Shown in pieces: positions 39,153 to 52,313 of a DNA stretch of 64,000 nucleotides (positions are counted from its first letter, which is position 1; the number at the start of each line of letters is the position of its first letter). The notes beneath the pieces were generated by a model, which saw only the letters and a list, made by a program, of their open reading frames with translations, was not told the origin of the DNA and did no database searches. Source of the stretch: Lytechinus pictus (lineage: Eukaryota); assembly GCF_037042905.1 (NCBI RefSeq), contig NC_087245.1, positions 35,466,001 through 35,530,000 on the forward strand, written 5' to 3'. The position numbers were made by a program, and so were the translations under genes.

Positions 39153-39644
39153 ACAAGTAATAAAGTTATTGAAGTTTAAAATTTAGCAATATTTTGTGAA
39201 AACAGTCTTCATGAATATTCATTAGGTGGGCTAATGATGTCACATCTCCACTTTCCGTTTTCTTATGTTATTGCATGAAATCATATTTTTTTCAATATTT
39301 CATACTTGTGCGAATAATATGTCTCCCTTATAATGAAATAAGTTGCAGCAATAAATATCTAATGCACTAAATCAGTTGTCAATCCAATTTTTCTAGTTCT
39401 TGGAGGAAAAAATGTGAATAAACCTAATTTCGTATAATAAAATACAAAAGAACAAGTGGGGATGTGACATCATCAGCCCACCTAATGAATATTCATGACG
39501 ACTGTTTTCAGAAAATATTGCTAAACTTTAAAATTCAATAACTTTGTCATTTGTTATCCGATTTTGATGAAATTTTCGGCATTTTGCTTAGTGAATTTGA
39601 CTCTATTTATTAAGCTATAAATACTTTCGGCCTGGACCATCCCT
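39153..39644. mobile_element. Kolobok-like MITE, left-truncated copy
   Basis: Close match to ~30056-30548; ends ccct|TTAA. Confidence 0.85.
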
Positions 39645-41194
39645 TTAAGGCCTACTTTTCAAAGCTTATTTGGCCTTGATGACTTTGAGCCTTGAAATTT
39701 CAAGGCTTTTTCAAAGCATTTTGTATTTTATACTTTTGCATTGCTTTTATATAAGTAATTATACATGTTTCAATCGTTCTGTATATCTAATGACACTATC
39801 CTAGTCAATAGTACCAGTCAGCAGTAGCAGTAGTAAGTGTACTATACAGCAGCTATAGTGCCATCAATAATTGTAATTATCACCAAGAAAACAGCAGTGA
39901 TGAAAAATAACATTATTTATTGGTAACGTGTCATGAATGATTATGACAATATTAATAATAATGATGGTAATAATGATAATGATAAAGATTAAAGTGATTT
40001 GATGACAGGAATAATTTTGACAGATCTGACTGCAATTTTGACAACAATTTTCATACTTTGAAAATACATGTAACTAAACTCTAAAGAGTGATAACAAGGT
40101 TGATTTCTATTCCATTAGGATTTTCCTAGTATTATTTTCTTTAGCCAACAAGAATGTTTTCATTCTTAATGATATTTGGTAAACTTGAACACAATCTTCA
40201 ATATCCAAATGGGCTATTTCAAAAATTTGAGGGGCCAAGCATGGCATATAGGCAAAATTTCTGCCCCCCAAAAAAAGTTGAAAGCGGTTGAAGCGAGCAG
40301 GCGAGCAAAAATGTTCAAATATTAATAAATCCTAAACGAATTGAAGCCATCAGCATATTAAAAAAAAACATAACCTCGGCCTCTTCAATCAGATTTATTC
40401 AATCCCAACAACAAACTCAGCCCTGGACCCTACCCCCCCCCCATCCTCCCTAAAACACCCCATCCCCTATCCGGAGGAGAACTGGCTCTGGGCTCCAGTT
40501 AGTGCATGGTCTAATGTTTAAGTATTCCCATTTAGAGAAATGGATTGTAACTCTTTGATCCCCCTAATACTATTTTTTATTTCATTCAATGAAGGAGGGT
40601 TTTTTTTTATTCTCGGTCTTTGTAAATAAGATATTTAACAAAATCAAAACATGATTAATTAATTGATATTTACCTTTACTTCTCTCCTGCTTCCCGAAAA
40701 GAATTTCCTACCAACTAAATTTATTTAGCCTGGCGTAAATCATCGATATCGATGGAATAGCGCCATCATCTCTAAAACCAACCAACCAACAACGCTTCCA
40801 TGAAATAGGGATGAATAATTATATTACTCAGTGTAATGTCACGGAACATTGACTGCAATCAGTGTCCAAAATGTTGTTTTTCAAGATTTACTTAGGCATA
40901 AAAATTCCCTCTAGTTGGGACGGGTCCAAGATTTTCCAAAAGGGGAGTCACATTTTCCCTAGGAAAATTTGACAAGCCAAAAAAAAAAGCTTCACTAAAA
41001 AAATGAAGGTAATTTTGTCTCACATAAAATTGGACAAGCAAGAAAAAAAAATACCCACTTATTTATGAACGACATATTCCCATTAAAATGAATAATAATT
41101 GCTGTGACTCTCTCTCAAAAAAAGGGGGGGGGAACACATGCACCTTTGAATGAATTTATTAGAACATCATTGGCAGCTGTTAATATTCTTGCTG

Positions 41195-41366
41195 CAGGCG
41201 CCGCGGAACGGTTTTCAAAGTGGGGGGGGGGGGTGAGCCAAAAGTGGGGGGGGGGGGGGCTGACCATGATAAAAATCACAATCATATGGTCATTTTTACA
41301 TTTTGGTACACGGTTTTGAAAAAAGTGGGGGCCCCCCAGCCCCCCCCCCCTGTTCCGCGGCCCCTG
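41195..41366. mobile_element. CAGG-terminated MITE with a 5-bp TSD
   Basis: TIRs caggcgccgcggaac/gttccgcggcccctg; tgctg on both flanks. Confidence 0.85.
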
Positions 41367-41754
41367 TGCTGGAAACAAAAATGCAAAGTAGTACAAACCA
41401 ACATTTGTACAAGTTTTGAAACATAAACAAATAAACGAAAACTTGATAACAGTATTTCATCGAAACTTAATTCTACTTTCAGGAAATATCTCATGGCATA
41501 AATAATAGTAAAGACGGATACGCATGCAGCGAAGAAAGAGACAGGGAAAAAGAGAAAGTGTGTAAGTAACAGAGGGGGGGGGGGGACTGAGAGAACGGCG
41601 AAGGAAGATGAAGAGAGTGATGTGAAGAAAATAGACGAAAAAATAACATCGTCAATCATGATTCAATATTACATTGAAACATGAATACCTTATATAAAAC
41701 ACAAAGGTTGCACAATATAAACTGACCTGGGTTCCAAAAGAAATCAAACTTCAG

Positions 41755-41987
41755 CAGGGGCGGATCCAGGATTTTCCAAAAGAGGGGGCAAATTTTTCGG
41801 AGGAAAATTTTGACATGCAAAATTAAGGATACTTCGTTCCGAAAAAATTTGACAAGCAAAAAAAAGTCTTCAATTTCAAAAGAGGGGACATACCTCTGTT
41901 TTAATGGCATTTTTACATCACAAATTTTAATTTTGCTTCTCAAGGGGGGGGGGGCACGTGCCCCCCCCCCCCCTGGATCCGCGCCTG
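41755..41987. mobile_element. hAT-type MITE
   Basis: TIRs caggggcggatccagg/cctggatccgcgcctg; perfect 8-bp TSD aacttcag. Confidence 0.9.
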
Positions 41988-42159
41988 AACTTCAGAAGCA
42001 AACTACACAAAGTCCATTCAGTCAAAATGAGCAAAATGTTGACACAGGCTACAGCTTCAATGAGGAGGTTGTAGCCTCTCAAATCAATTCGTTCCGTGAT
42101 CCTAAGTCACAAAATGGCAAAAGAAAGACCAGTGAAAATGACATGGGATCAAACTAAAT

Positions 42160-42389
42160 CGTAGGCGGCGGAAGCGGGGGGGGGGGGGGGGACCTGCCCC
42201 CCCCCCCGTAAATTTGAGGTGGGGAGGGGGACGATCCACCCCAAAAATTTTAGTTGATAACCTTTTTTTCTTGCTTGTCCAAAAATTTAGGTGGTCCCCC
42301 CTAAAATTTGGGTTGATAACCTTTTTTTTTCTTGTCAAGTCAAACAATTTTGGTGGTCCCCCCTAATTTTTTGGCTTCCGCCGCCAATG
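42160..42389. mobile_element. hAT-type MITE, same family as 10951-11136
   Basis: Same TIRs; TSD aactaaat/aaccaaat (1 mismatch). Confidence 0.88.
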
Positions 42390-43280
42390 AACCAAATAGT
42401 CATTCTTTGCTTGACTGCTATTGCAATTTTCCATCAGCACAGAATCTTACGACGATCAGCTGTATACGTTTCAGCTGTTATTGTGATTTGACGAGCATGC
42501 ATGTTTTCAACAGATTGTTTGCCTGTTGTAGAATCCATCCCCGTCGCGTTTGCTGAAACTCGTTAACGATATACCAAGGCAAAAACATGCATCGTGCTTA
42601 AAAATAAATAAATAAATAAATAAATGAATAAATAATAAAATGAATGAATACATAAATAAATAAAATAGCATCGTTGCTGTACATGTTTATTGCAGTTCTA
42701 AAATCATTAATGAATGGAAGCGGCTGAATTGCATGAAAGTGAAACATCTGCCATGGAATGTCAAAATAATGAAGTTCTGAAGTAGATAATTTGTTTGTTT
42801 GCTTGTTGCCCGTCTGCGATTTTTCTCCTACCATGCCTACCAACTTTTATCCCTGGCGTCAAAATATCGAAAAGCTATATAAAACACAATTAACGGCCCG
42901 TGTAACTGGGATAATCCTTGCGCTTACAATCATGACAAGGTTTTGGGTTCGAATTAAAAAGATCTCCCTTTTTGATAAAGTTTGAGGCAAGACTTTGTAC
43001 AAAATAAAAGTAACTTTGGTTACAATCGTACGTACAAAAAGTGAATTGAATGTCCCGGTTTTAGGTATTTTCCATTTTCTTGCCAGACCGTCGATATTCT
43101 CCCTTGGGTCAAGGAGGTAACTCCTTGCTTTTTTAATTCATCAGTGTTGGCAAGTATGTAAGTGTAGTCTGCTGTGCAAACCCTTCAATCAAGTTAAGGG
43201 TCTGAATTAGCAGCCTACAATGCCTGGTATTTTGGGAAACACCCGAGTTATCTAAAAATAAACGCCAAAATTCTTGTTAA

Positions 43281-43720
43281 AGGTCAAGTCCACCCCAGAA
43301 AAATGTTGATTTGAATAAATAGAGAAAAATCAAACTAGCATAACGCTGAAATTTCATCAAATTCGGATGTAAAATAAGAAAGTTATGGAATTTTAAAGTT
43401 TCACTTATTTTTCACAAAACTGTGATATGCACTATTAGGTGAGTCAGTCGATGATGTCACTCACTATTTCTTTTGGTTTTTTTATTGTTTGAATTATGCA
43501 ATTTTTCATTTCTTACAGATTTGACAATAAGGACCAACTTGACTGAACCATAATAGTATAAAACAATGCTATCTACACATGTTCAGGGAGGAATTATTCA
43601 TTGTTTCACTTGACAATGAGGAGAAAATTAGAATATCTCATATATCATATAACAAAATACAAAAGTAATAGTGAGTGGATGACGTCATCAGTCTCCTCAT
43701 GTGCGTACCGACCACGATGA
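43281..43720. mobile_element. Second Kolobok-like family, partial copy
   Basis: TTAA|AGGTCAAGTCCACCC terminus; related fragments at ~26663-27140 and ~630-830. Confidence 0.65.
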
Positions 43721-44435
43721 AGCCTGAGTGTAGTAGTTTGAGGATATGACACAGTACATTCTGGCCAATTGTATGAAATCAGAACTTGTATATCCAATAT
43801 TGCGGAAAACAAAGCGCGAAATATATAAAATTGAAATAAACCAATGTCACAATCTACATTTAAGGAACACAATGCTTCAAATACTTTTTATATTTTAATA
43901 TTTTTTTATTTATTAATTTTTTTTGCTCATGCATTGTAGCAACCAAGGGTAATGAATAGGGAAGGCAGGGTAACTTATGACATTTTTTGCATTTTGCATA
44001 TCAAAGTTGATATGACTATATAATGTTGTTGAAATAAGTACCTTACCTTTAAATTTGATTCTTTGGAAATATTTTTACCTACATGATATATAACTTTCTA
44101 CCCCCACAATGAAATTCATTGTGACCTTTGAAAAAAAAACGATGTCAAATGGCTCAACTTGCCTTGCCCCATCTGTGCAACCGCGTAGCCAGGAATTAAT
44201 TTGGGAGGGGGCGGTAAATGCACGTGAAGCGTGCCAATACGGTATACATACAGAGCGCGCTCCCTAGGGAGGAGGGTGCAAGGAGGGGGAGTTCCCCTCT
44301 CCCGCGCGAATGCGACTACTTAGTTGTGCCACCTCTCGCATTAAGTCGTACAACATTGAAGAAAACTCGCACGATGATCGCCCGACCGATGGTACGATCT
44401 GATGCGAGTGAATCGGTCGTATTTGATCGCGTTTG

Positions 44436-44639
44436 AATGGACAACGGCACCTGAATGGAGGTCGAGTGGTCTAAGGCGCGCTGACTATACATGGAAAGTC
44501 CGGGGTTCGATCCCCGGCCGCGGCACCTATGCCCATGAGCAAGGCATTTAATGTATATACAATGCTCTTTTATCCTGATTTCAAATAAATGGAAAACTAT
44601 ATGCATTATTGGTAACTAGATGTGCACTTGAAAAAAAAG
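44436..44639 (+). mobile_element. Short tRNA-derived SINE inserted into a DNA-element fragment
   Basis: gagtggtctaagg and ggttcgatccc boxes, A tail, gtttg on both sides; the uninterrupted target is seen in reverse at ~61460-61500. Confidence 0.8.
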
Positions 44640-44828
44640 TTTGGAATTTGAACATGTTCAAAGTTCAGATGCGACCAGTCACGACCACCTCGAGTTCGTG
44701 CGATCGTCTACAACGACTGCGAGTGATCGCAAGACACCAAGAGATCGATCGTGCAACAACAAAAAAATTGAAGGATTGCGGAAAAACCATCAAAGATTAA
44801 GAAAGTTATTAGAAGTCTGATTTTTTTT

Positions 44829-45013
44829 GCCGTGGCCGAGTGGTCTAAGGCGCCTGACTATACATGAAAAAGTCCGGGATCGATCCCCGGCCGCGGCACC
44901 TATGCCCGTGAGCAAGGCATTTAATCTACAATGCTCTTTTATCCTGCTTTCAAATAAATGGAAATGCTATATGCATTAATGGTAACTAGGTGTGAACTTG
45001 TTTAAATAAAAAA
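44829..45013 (+). mobile_element. Second copy of the short tRNA-derived SINE
   Basis: Near-identical to 44462-44639; head tggccgagtggtctaagg. Confidence 0.85.
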
Positions 45014-46504
45014 ATGAATAAAAAAAAACTGTTGCAGGCGGAGCGCGAAATTTTCGATATCTCATTAAATTCAAATCAAAATAAGGCGTCTCTTATGTTT
45101 ATCAACTCGAATATTGACTTGCTGTGATTTTCGAAAGAAATAATTATGAGCGCCCCAAAAATGGGAAAAGATTGGAGAATTTGAAATAATTCCTCTTACC
45201 GTTTGAAACGTTTTATAAATAGAGAACAGAAATGATACAATTATGCCTACCTTGGTCACATGCATGAGATTTGAGTGTAAAAAGTTTGTCCCCATTTAAT
45301 TTCGTTAATTTGTCGCAAAACAGAGTACATAGAAGACGGGTATACACAGCAAGTAAAGAGGCCCCATTCCTTCCCGCGAATGGCGTTGAAGCTCTGATTT
45401 TTAGACATTTATCTGAAACTTTAACCTGTTCTAATTTTGATATTTCTTAGATTATACCGTATATAACTCGATTAAGAAGAAAAAACGAGCTCAAAATGTG
45501 AAAGGGATGTTGCAAGCTAGAAGATGGAATTTTCCTTTCCCATGCTCGAGAAGCACGGGAACCTCTGTGATTTATTATGGAAGAAAAAAAAATCGCTCGT
45601 ATTATTAAGCGCCTCTTTTTGGTTAAGAAAGTTCAGTAATATTCAAAATTTCAAATCAATGGCGCATAACAAGACAGGAGATGGATGTGCAGCGATATAT
45701 AATAAAGTTTAATATCGTATATACTTTTGCATATAGCAAGGCACGAATTTAATTCCTTCCCCTTTGAGCAGATACTTTGCCAAAAATTACTTGCTGAAAA
45801 GTGGAAGAAATAGCATTTGGGGACTCGGGGGGGGGGGGGGGGGGGCGTGACGGTGCTGTTTACCCGCTCCGAACAGAAGAGCCAAAATTTTGTGTCAATA
45901 CAATAAAAAAATACATTTCATACTCTTTGCACCCTTATATACTTTTTTTTTTCTGGCAATAATATACACGATTCCCACGGCCGGTAAAGGGAAAAACGGA
46001 GTAGAAAAAAAGGTATGGGAAACAAATGGGAATGGCAATTTTGATTTTCCGCGCAAAAAAATTAGCATGAAGAGAGGAGAACGTCTCGTTTAGGTTGTTA
46101 TTATTTTGACCCCCCCCAAAAAAAGGAAAAAAATAGCAAAAGCTATATACCTTTCTTCCCTTTTCTGACGAGTGAGGGGAGTTGCCGTCTTGACTACTAT
46201 TCAGCTGTAAAAATAATAAAAAGCTGTGTTGGTTGGAGACCTTGTAAGTGTCAACCTTTATGGAAGGATTGTACATGTCTGTCCGATGTATTGTCTGTGT
46301 ATTTGTAGTCTTTGTATTGTAGATGTTTTTGTTCTAAATAATTATGTTTGTATAAGGAAAAAAAAAACAACCCATGTGTAACAACTGTAAGAAGACATGT
46401 CTTGAAGAAAACGTGTTATGTTTAGTTAAGCTATGGAGTGTTTGGTGTATGAAAACCAGCAAGTATAATTATGGCTGATGTCAGAGTAATAACATTGAAC
46501 TGTA

Positions 46505-47035
46505 AGGTTACACTTCGTAATTCCGAAGGTTCTTTATTCCGACGGTTCGTAATTCCGAAACACGTAAATTGCCTATACCTCAATGTTCGTTAATCCGAAA
46601 ACGTAAAAGGGTTCGTTAATCCGAACATTTGTGGCGTTATTGCGAAGGTTCGTTATTCCGAAGGTTCGATAATCCGAAAACGAAATAAGGTTCGATGTTC
46701 CGAAGGTTCGTCAATCCGAAAACGAAATAAGGTTCGTTGTTCCGAAGGTTCGTTAATCCGAAAACGAAATAAGGTTCGTTGTTCCGAAGGTTCGTTAGTC
46801 CGAAAACGAAATAAGGTTCGTTAATCATTAGTTTTCGGACTAACGAACCTTCGGAATTACGAACCTCATTTCGTTTTCGGATTAACGAACCTTCGGAATT
46901 ACGAACCTTATTTCGTTTTCGGACTAACGAACCTTCGGAATTACGAACCTTCGGAAATACGAACCTTCGGAATAACGAACCTTCGGAATATCCGAACCTT
47001 CGGAATAACGAAGCTTCGGAATTACGAATGTTTGC
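46505..47035. mobile_element. Foldback-like element built from inverted arrays of TTCCGAAGGTTCG repeats
   Basis: ~15-bp and 42-bp units on + up to ~46825, then the same units reverse-complemented. Confidence 0.85.
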
Positions 47036-47129
47036 GGAACTGGTTAGGACTGGGTGATAAGAGTTTTGATGCAGAATTAGCTGATAATCAAAGAAAAATG
47101 GAATGGGAAAGGATTTTTTTTTCAGTTTT

Positions 47130-49860
47130 CGAAATACACAATCCATTAAGGGAAACTGTCATTTTATTCAATCCTAAACTTGATCTTACAGTAAATAAAA
47201 CAAATCCTGAAGGAAACTGGGTAATTTTGGATTTGGTAATGGTCACACTGAAATTTGCATTGATATACGAACCAAACGAAAATAATCTTCAGTGCTTTTT
47301 ATGAAAATTAGGGAAAATTGTAACTGATTTCGATAATCCGCATATCATTTTATGTGGTGAATGGAACTTAACACAGGATAAAACTATGTAAACATAAACA
47401 ATCCCAGAACTAAGGCAGTGGTTGAAGAATGAATTTGAATTAATTGATCCATGGAGACAATAAAATCCGATTATAAACGTCTTACATGGAGGAGAACATC
47501 CCCATCAATAAAACGATCCCGTTTGGATTTATTTTTTTGTATTCAAAAGAGCTTCCGTCTATTTCAAAAGAAACAGATATATTGCCCCGGTATGTTGCCT
47601 GGTTATCGAACACTGCAGATCACTCAATTGTCCCTTTAAGTCTAGATGTTCTGATTTTGAAAGAGGTATAGAGGATAGACTAGAAATTTTAAAATGATTC
47701 CCTCTTATAAGATCAAGCGTATATACAAACCATGGAGCTAGCTAGCTCAATGTTTAAACTTAGGGGTTGAAAGACCTACAGCTGACTGTAAATGACCACT
47801 TCAGTTGTTTATTAAATTCTTATTAATGGAAATAAGGGGTTTAACATCGTATTCTGTGAAAAAGAAGAAAGACATACTTGAGGAAGAGGTTGTGTTTGAA
47901 AAGAATATACAAATTTTAGAAAGCGAACTGATACCCCTTTCATAAACCCAATTATGCGGCTAATAGCAGCATAATTTGGTCGTAAAATCGGAGGAGGACC
48001 AGAGTTATCCGCATTATTTTGATGCTGCAATTATCTGCATAATAGCAGCATCGGGACAAGATTACGAGTTTATGAACGTATTTCCAAATAATGCGGATAA
48101 TTGCCATGATGCGGTCACAAGGTCACCCTTTTCCAACACAACCGCATCGGAGGGGGCGTGTCCAGTTGTCATGACGATTATCCGCCTTTTTCAGGACGGG
48201 CGCTCGTAAAAAATAATGCGGATAATTTTCGGAGTTTGTGAACGCAATTTTTATTGAATAAAATTATCCGCATTACTATTAGGCGGCTAATTGGAGGATA
48301 GGTTTATGAAAGGGGTATGAGCTTTAATCCCAACAGTGATGTGAAGAGAGAAGTACCAGAAAACGTATATATTTACTTCAAAATATAAGAAATGTAGAAT
48401 TGAAAGGTAAAATGATTAGAGCACGTGTAAACGCCATTTCATATGGAGAAAACCTCCCAAGTTCTTTTTAAATTTGGAGAAGAAAAATGTTCAGAAAACT
48501 ATGTCAGATATTGAGCAATGGATTAGTTGTCGACAATCCAAAATAAATAACAGGCAAATGTAAAAACTTAAATTATTCAAGATTATTTTGTAACAAGGAT
48601 CATGTTTTAGACATAGAAAATTTTCACGACAAATTAAAGAATTTGGAGATAAGCAAATTAAAAGACCATAACATGGAAAGACTATAGGTGGTCCTTTAAC
48701 TTAGTGACTGAAAGTCGATGAAGAATGGGAAGGCCCCTGGTTCGAACGGTTTTACAATAGAATTCTTAAAGTGATTTTGGAAAGAATTGGTACATTCTTA
48801 TTTTAGAGCAATTGGTTGTTCTTATAAGTCAAAGAAGCGTTAAAATTCGAATAGATTGGGAATTATTTCTTTGATACCCCAAGGAGAGAAACCAAAACAG
48901 TATTTACAGAACTGGAGACCTATAACTCTTTTAAACACGTCTTATAAAATGGCATCTTCTGCTATAGCTAATAGAATTAGAAAAAAGATATTGCACGTAA
49001 TTATCCATGAAGACCTAAAAGGATTTATGGAAAACAGATATATATTAGAGAAAATATTCGTGTAATTTATGATACGAAACTGAAGAAATAAATATTCCCG
49101 GGATGTTGTTGCCTTCGGAAAGGCTTTCAATTCAGTTTCGCATATTTTTTTTATCCAAAGTCTTAGAAACATTTAACTCGGGGCCTTGCATTTATCAATG
49201 GATTCAAACCTCTTATAATGAAAATATGTCTTCAGTATGCATAAATGGTTATTTGTCAGAACGTTTCTCTTTAAATAGAGGCTGTAGGCAAGGCGACCCC
49301 CTTTCGTCATATTTATTTTTGCTGTGTACTGAAATGTTGGCAGTTATGTTTCGTCAAAATAATTGTATTGAAGGAATTGATATTGAAGGAAATATTCGAA
49401 AAATTACTCAGTATGCAGATGATACAGCCCTTTTCTAAGATGGTTCCAGTGAGTCTCTGAACAGTGTCCTTTCTGTGATCGAGATTTTCTATTCTCTTTC
49501 AGGACGGGAAATTAATGAAGGTAAAACTAAAATAGTTTGGATTGGATGAAAAAATATAGCCCCTACAGAATTGAAACAGAAATGAAACTCTTGTGGGTTG
49601 ATGATGGCTGCTTGACATGTTTAGGTATAAACTTTTCTTTAAATTAAATGCCAGCCCTAAACAAGATGAAACGCCTATTTCAAGTTTGGTCGAACAGGAA
49701 CGTAACCCCATTCGGTAAAGTAAAACCCCTTTTCTTTGACAATTCCATTGTCTAATTTTGTCTTTACCAAATCCGTCACCTGTGTTCATGAAAGAGCTGG
49801 ACAGAGTTCTGCTCAGTTTTTTTGTTGTTGAATAAAAAACCTGATCATATCAAAAAAATT
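47130..49860 (+). mobile_element. Decayed L1/Tx1-clade LINE ORF2 (endonuclease + RT remnants)
   Basis: TWRR...SRLD, KFFLNLEK, KAPGSNGFTIEF, NWRPITLLNTSYK, RGCRQGDPLSSYLF, QYADDT; many stops and frameshifts. Confidence 0.9.
47932..48317. mobile_element. PIF/Harbinger-type MITE inserted in the L1 relic
   Basis: Perfect 17-bp TIRs tacccctttcataaacc; 3-bp TSD TGA. Confidence 0.88.
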
Positions 49861-51549
49861 GCCACAGGGTAGATTCGAGCCTATTCCTTGTGGCTGCGAT
49901 CTTATGAGTGCAGTATATGTTCCACGTATCCACAGACTTGTCTAAACTTGTTAACAGAATACCAATCACACAAATAATTAGGTTTAGAAAACCTTTATTA
50001 AAGCAAACTATTCTAACAAGGATTACAGGTTATAAACAAAGTATAGACATTTTAAGATATTAACAGATTTATACAATTCAATGATTAATGATGATGCTTA
50101 GCTATTTCTTCTACTTCTCTGATGCTTGGTTTCCTTGCTTGGGTGTACTGACGATGACTATCTGTCTGACGTCAGCTCCTGTTCTGGGTCCCGTAACACA
50201 AAGGTTAGCGATTGATCGTACGTTTGATTTTCACGATTGATTGTACATTGTAGTCAATGGAATCAATCGTAGAAAAATGTTCTACGATCATTGCTAAGCT
50301 TTGTGTTACGGTACGGGGCCCAGGTTAGACTTTAGACCAATGATTCCGTCTCGTCTCTTTAATTCCAGTTACAGATCATAACTCCTAAACACCCTGTCAA
50401 ATTAAAGTCCAAGTTCAAGTTCAAGTTTATTCATTCAAAACTAAAAACATCACATTGTAATAAAAATAGATATACATACAACGTAAACTTAAATATAAAT
50501 ATGAATATTTGATATATATGAATATTTAATATATAAATATTAAATATAAATATGAACTTAAATATAAATATAACCAATCTAGTGATTTGTTCAAACCCCA
50601 AATATTTATAGATATATCAAGTTGAATTCTCTTGACATGTTAAACATCTCATTAAGCAGGTTAAGAATATATTCATTCTATTCTTTTCCAAAAGTATATG
50701 TTTCGTTACCTCCATCTCTATTACATAAATACACTTATTATTAGGGTGAAATGGATGATATATAAAATTAAATTGGCTGGAATTCGCCTTATGCCACAGA
50801 AAATCCTCAGAGGTAAAGAATTACCCTTTTTTCTGTTTTTATTATAACATATTGAAATAAATCACAAAATTTACAAATGATTATTAGGTGATTGCAAATC
50901 ACATAAACACAAGTTAGTTACACAAAAAAGACAAAATAACCATGATAAAAAAAACCTACCCACTTATCCTCCCCCACCCCCCCAAAAAAGGAATGTGGCA
51001 AAGTGATGACTTAATATCAGTATTATCTAAACAAAGATAGGTGATTTGGTAAATAAAGTAGACAAAACAAAATATACAAGCTATGATTATGTACGAGAAA
51101 GCTATTTCATGTGAAAATCGGAAGCAAGTTTCTTTTTAAAAATGTCGGTAAGATTTCATTGATCTTTTCGACTAATGTCGAAAAGAGTTTTAATCGGTTT
51201 GTTAGATACGGTTTTGCATCTTTATCTCTGGTTCGTTACATAAATTGTAATCATGTTTTTTAATATTTTTTTTTGTAATGATAATGACTATTATCATGAC
51301 AAGATTGTATATTATCAGTTATGTTGTACTATACTGTTAAACACTCATTAGCTGATTATTTGTTTACATTGACTATGAAAGCAAATGTAAACTAAGTGTG
51401 TTTATTGAATAAAACGCCCTACTGTGGGGTGAAAAAGAAATTGAAAAAATAAATCTTTAGCAAGCCAGATGAAGATGTATAGAAAAAGGGTCAAGCAAGC
51501 AGAAAAGGGTGGTAAAAATAGTATAGAATAGTTATAGACATAATGAAAG

Positions 51550-52250
51550 TGGCGGCGTCGTGGTCTAAGGGTTACGACTCTCTTTCAATTAATATGCTTT
51601 TCACACTGCACTTTTTCCCTTAACCCCGGGAAATTGGTGGGGCTAAGGGGGTCTTAGCCCCACCAATTTCCCGGGGTTAAGCTTAGCCCACTTCGTTTTC
51701 ACACTACGTTTTAGCTATGTGGGCTATAGCACGGTAAAATAGTACGGTACTATCTGGCCCTGCAAAAAAGCAGGGTTAGCCGGCTAAGTTGTGGTGCTAT
51801 TACCACATTGCGGTGCTAAGAGATGCAGTGTGAAACGAAAGTGGGCTAAAGAAAAGTGGGGCTAAGCATTAGCCAATCACAAAAGTCGAAATTGCACGTT
51901 AATCGTGCTCTATAATGGTTAAATCATCAATATTCATGAGCTGTGCAATATTCCGGGGTTAAGGCTTTAACACCGGCTAAGCAAATAGTATGGGGTTAAG
52001 AAAAACAGTGTGAAGCGAAAAAAGATAGTATGGGGTTAAGGATAGTATGGGGTTAAGGAAATGCAGTGTGAAAAGCGTGGGTTCGATTTCCAACCACGGC
52101 GTATTTTCCTTCAGCAACGAGTATTCGGTAGGAAGAAATTCCTCGAATGCTTGAGGGCCCATAATGGCGGCTCGGTTACAGCCGGGGTAATAATTATGAT
52201 ACCAAATATCAAGCGCATGCCCGCTATATATCAATAGTTCATAGTTATTA
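51550..52250 (+). mobile_element. tRNA-derived SINE split by a MITE
   Basis: Box A-like tggtctaagggtt at ~51561, box B-like ggttcgatttcc at ~52080; body resembles 1710-1880. Confidence 0.65.
51594..52078. mobile_element. MITE (PIF/Harbinger-like TIRs) with repeated ggggttaag/ggggctaag motifs
   Basis: TIRs gcttttcacactgca/tgcagtgtgaaaagc; TSD not evident. Confidence 0.8.
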
Positions 52251-52313
52251 ATATGGATGAAATCGAAGAAACAAGTGGAACGCCTCTGGCAGTCTCGCCT
52301 GCATTACGCGATT

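Noticed and set aside
44460..44900. tRNA-Leu/Ser-like genes
   Set aside because: SINE heads with a shared downstream body and A tail
46637..47146. 169-aa repetitive ORF or CRISPR-like repeats
   Set aside because: Inverted tandem arrays with no spacers and no cas genes; eukaryotic context
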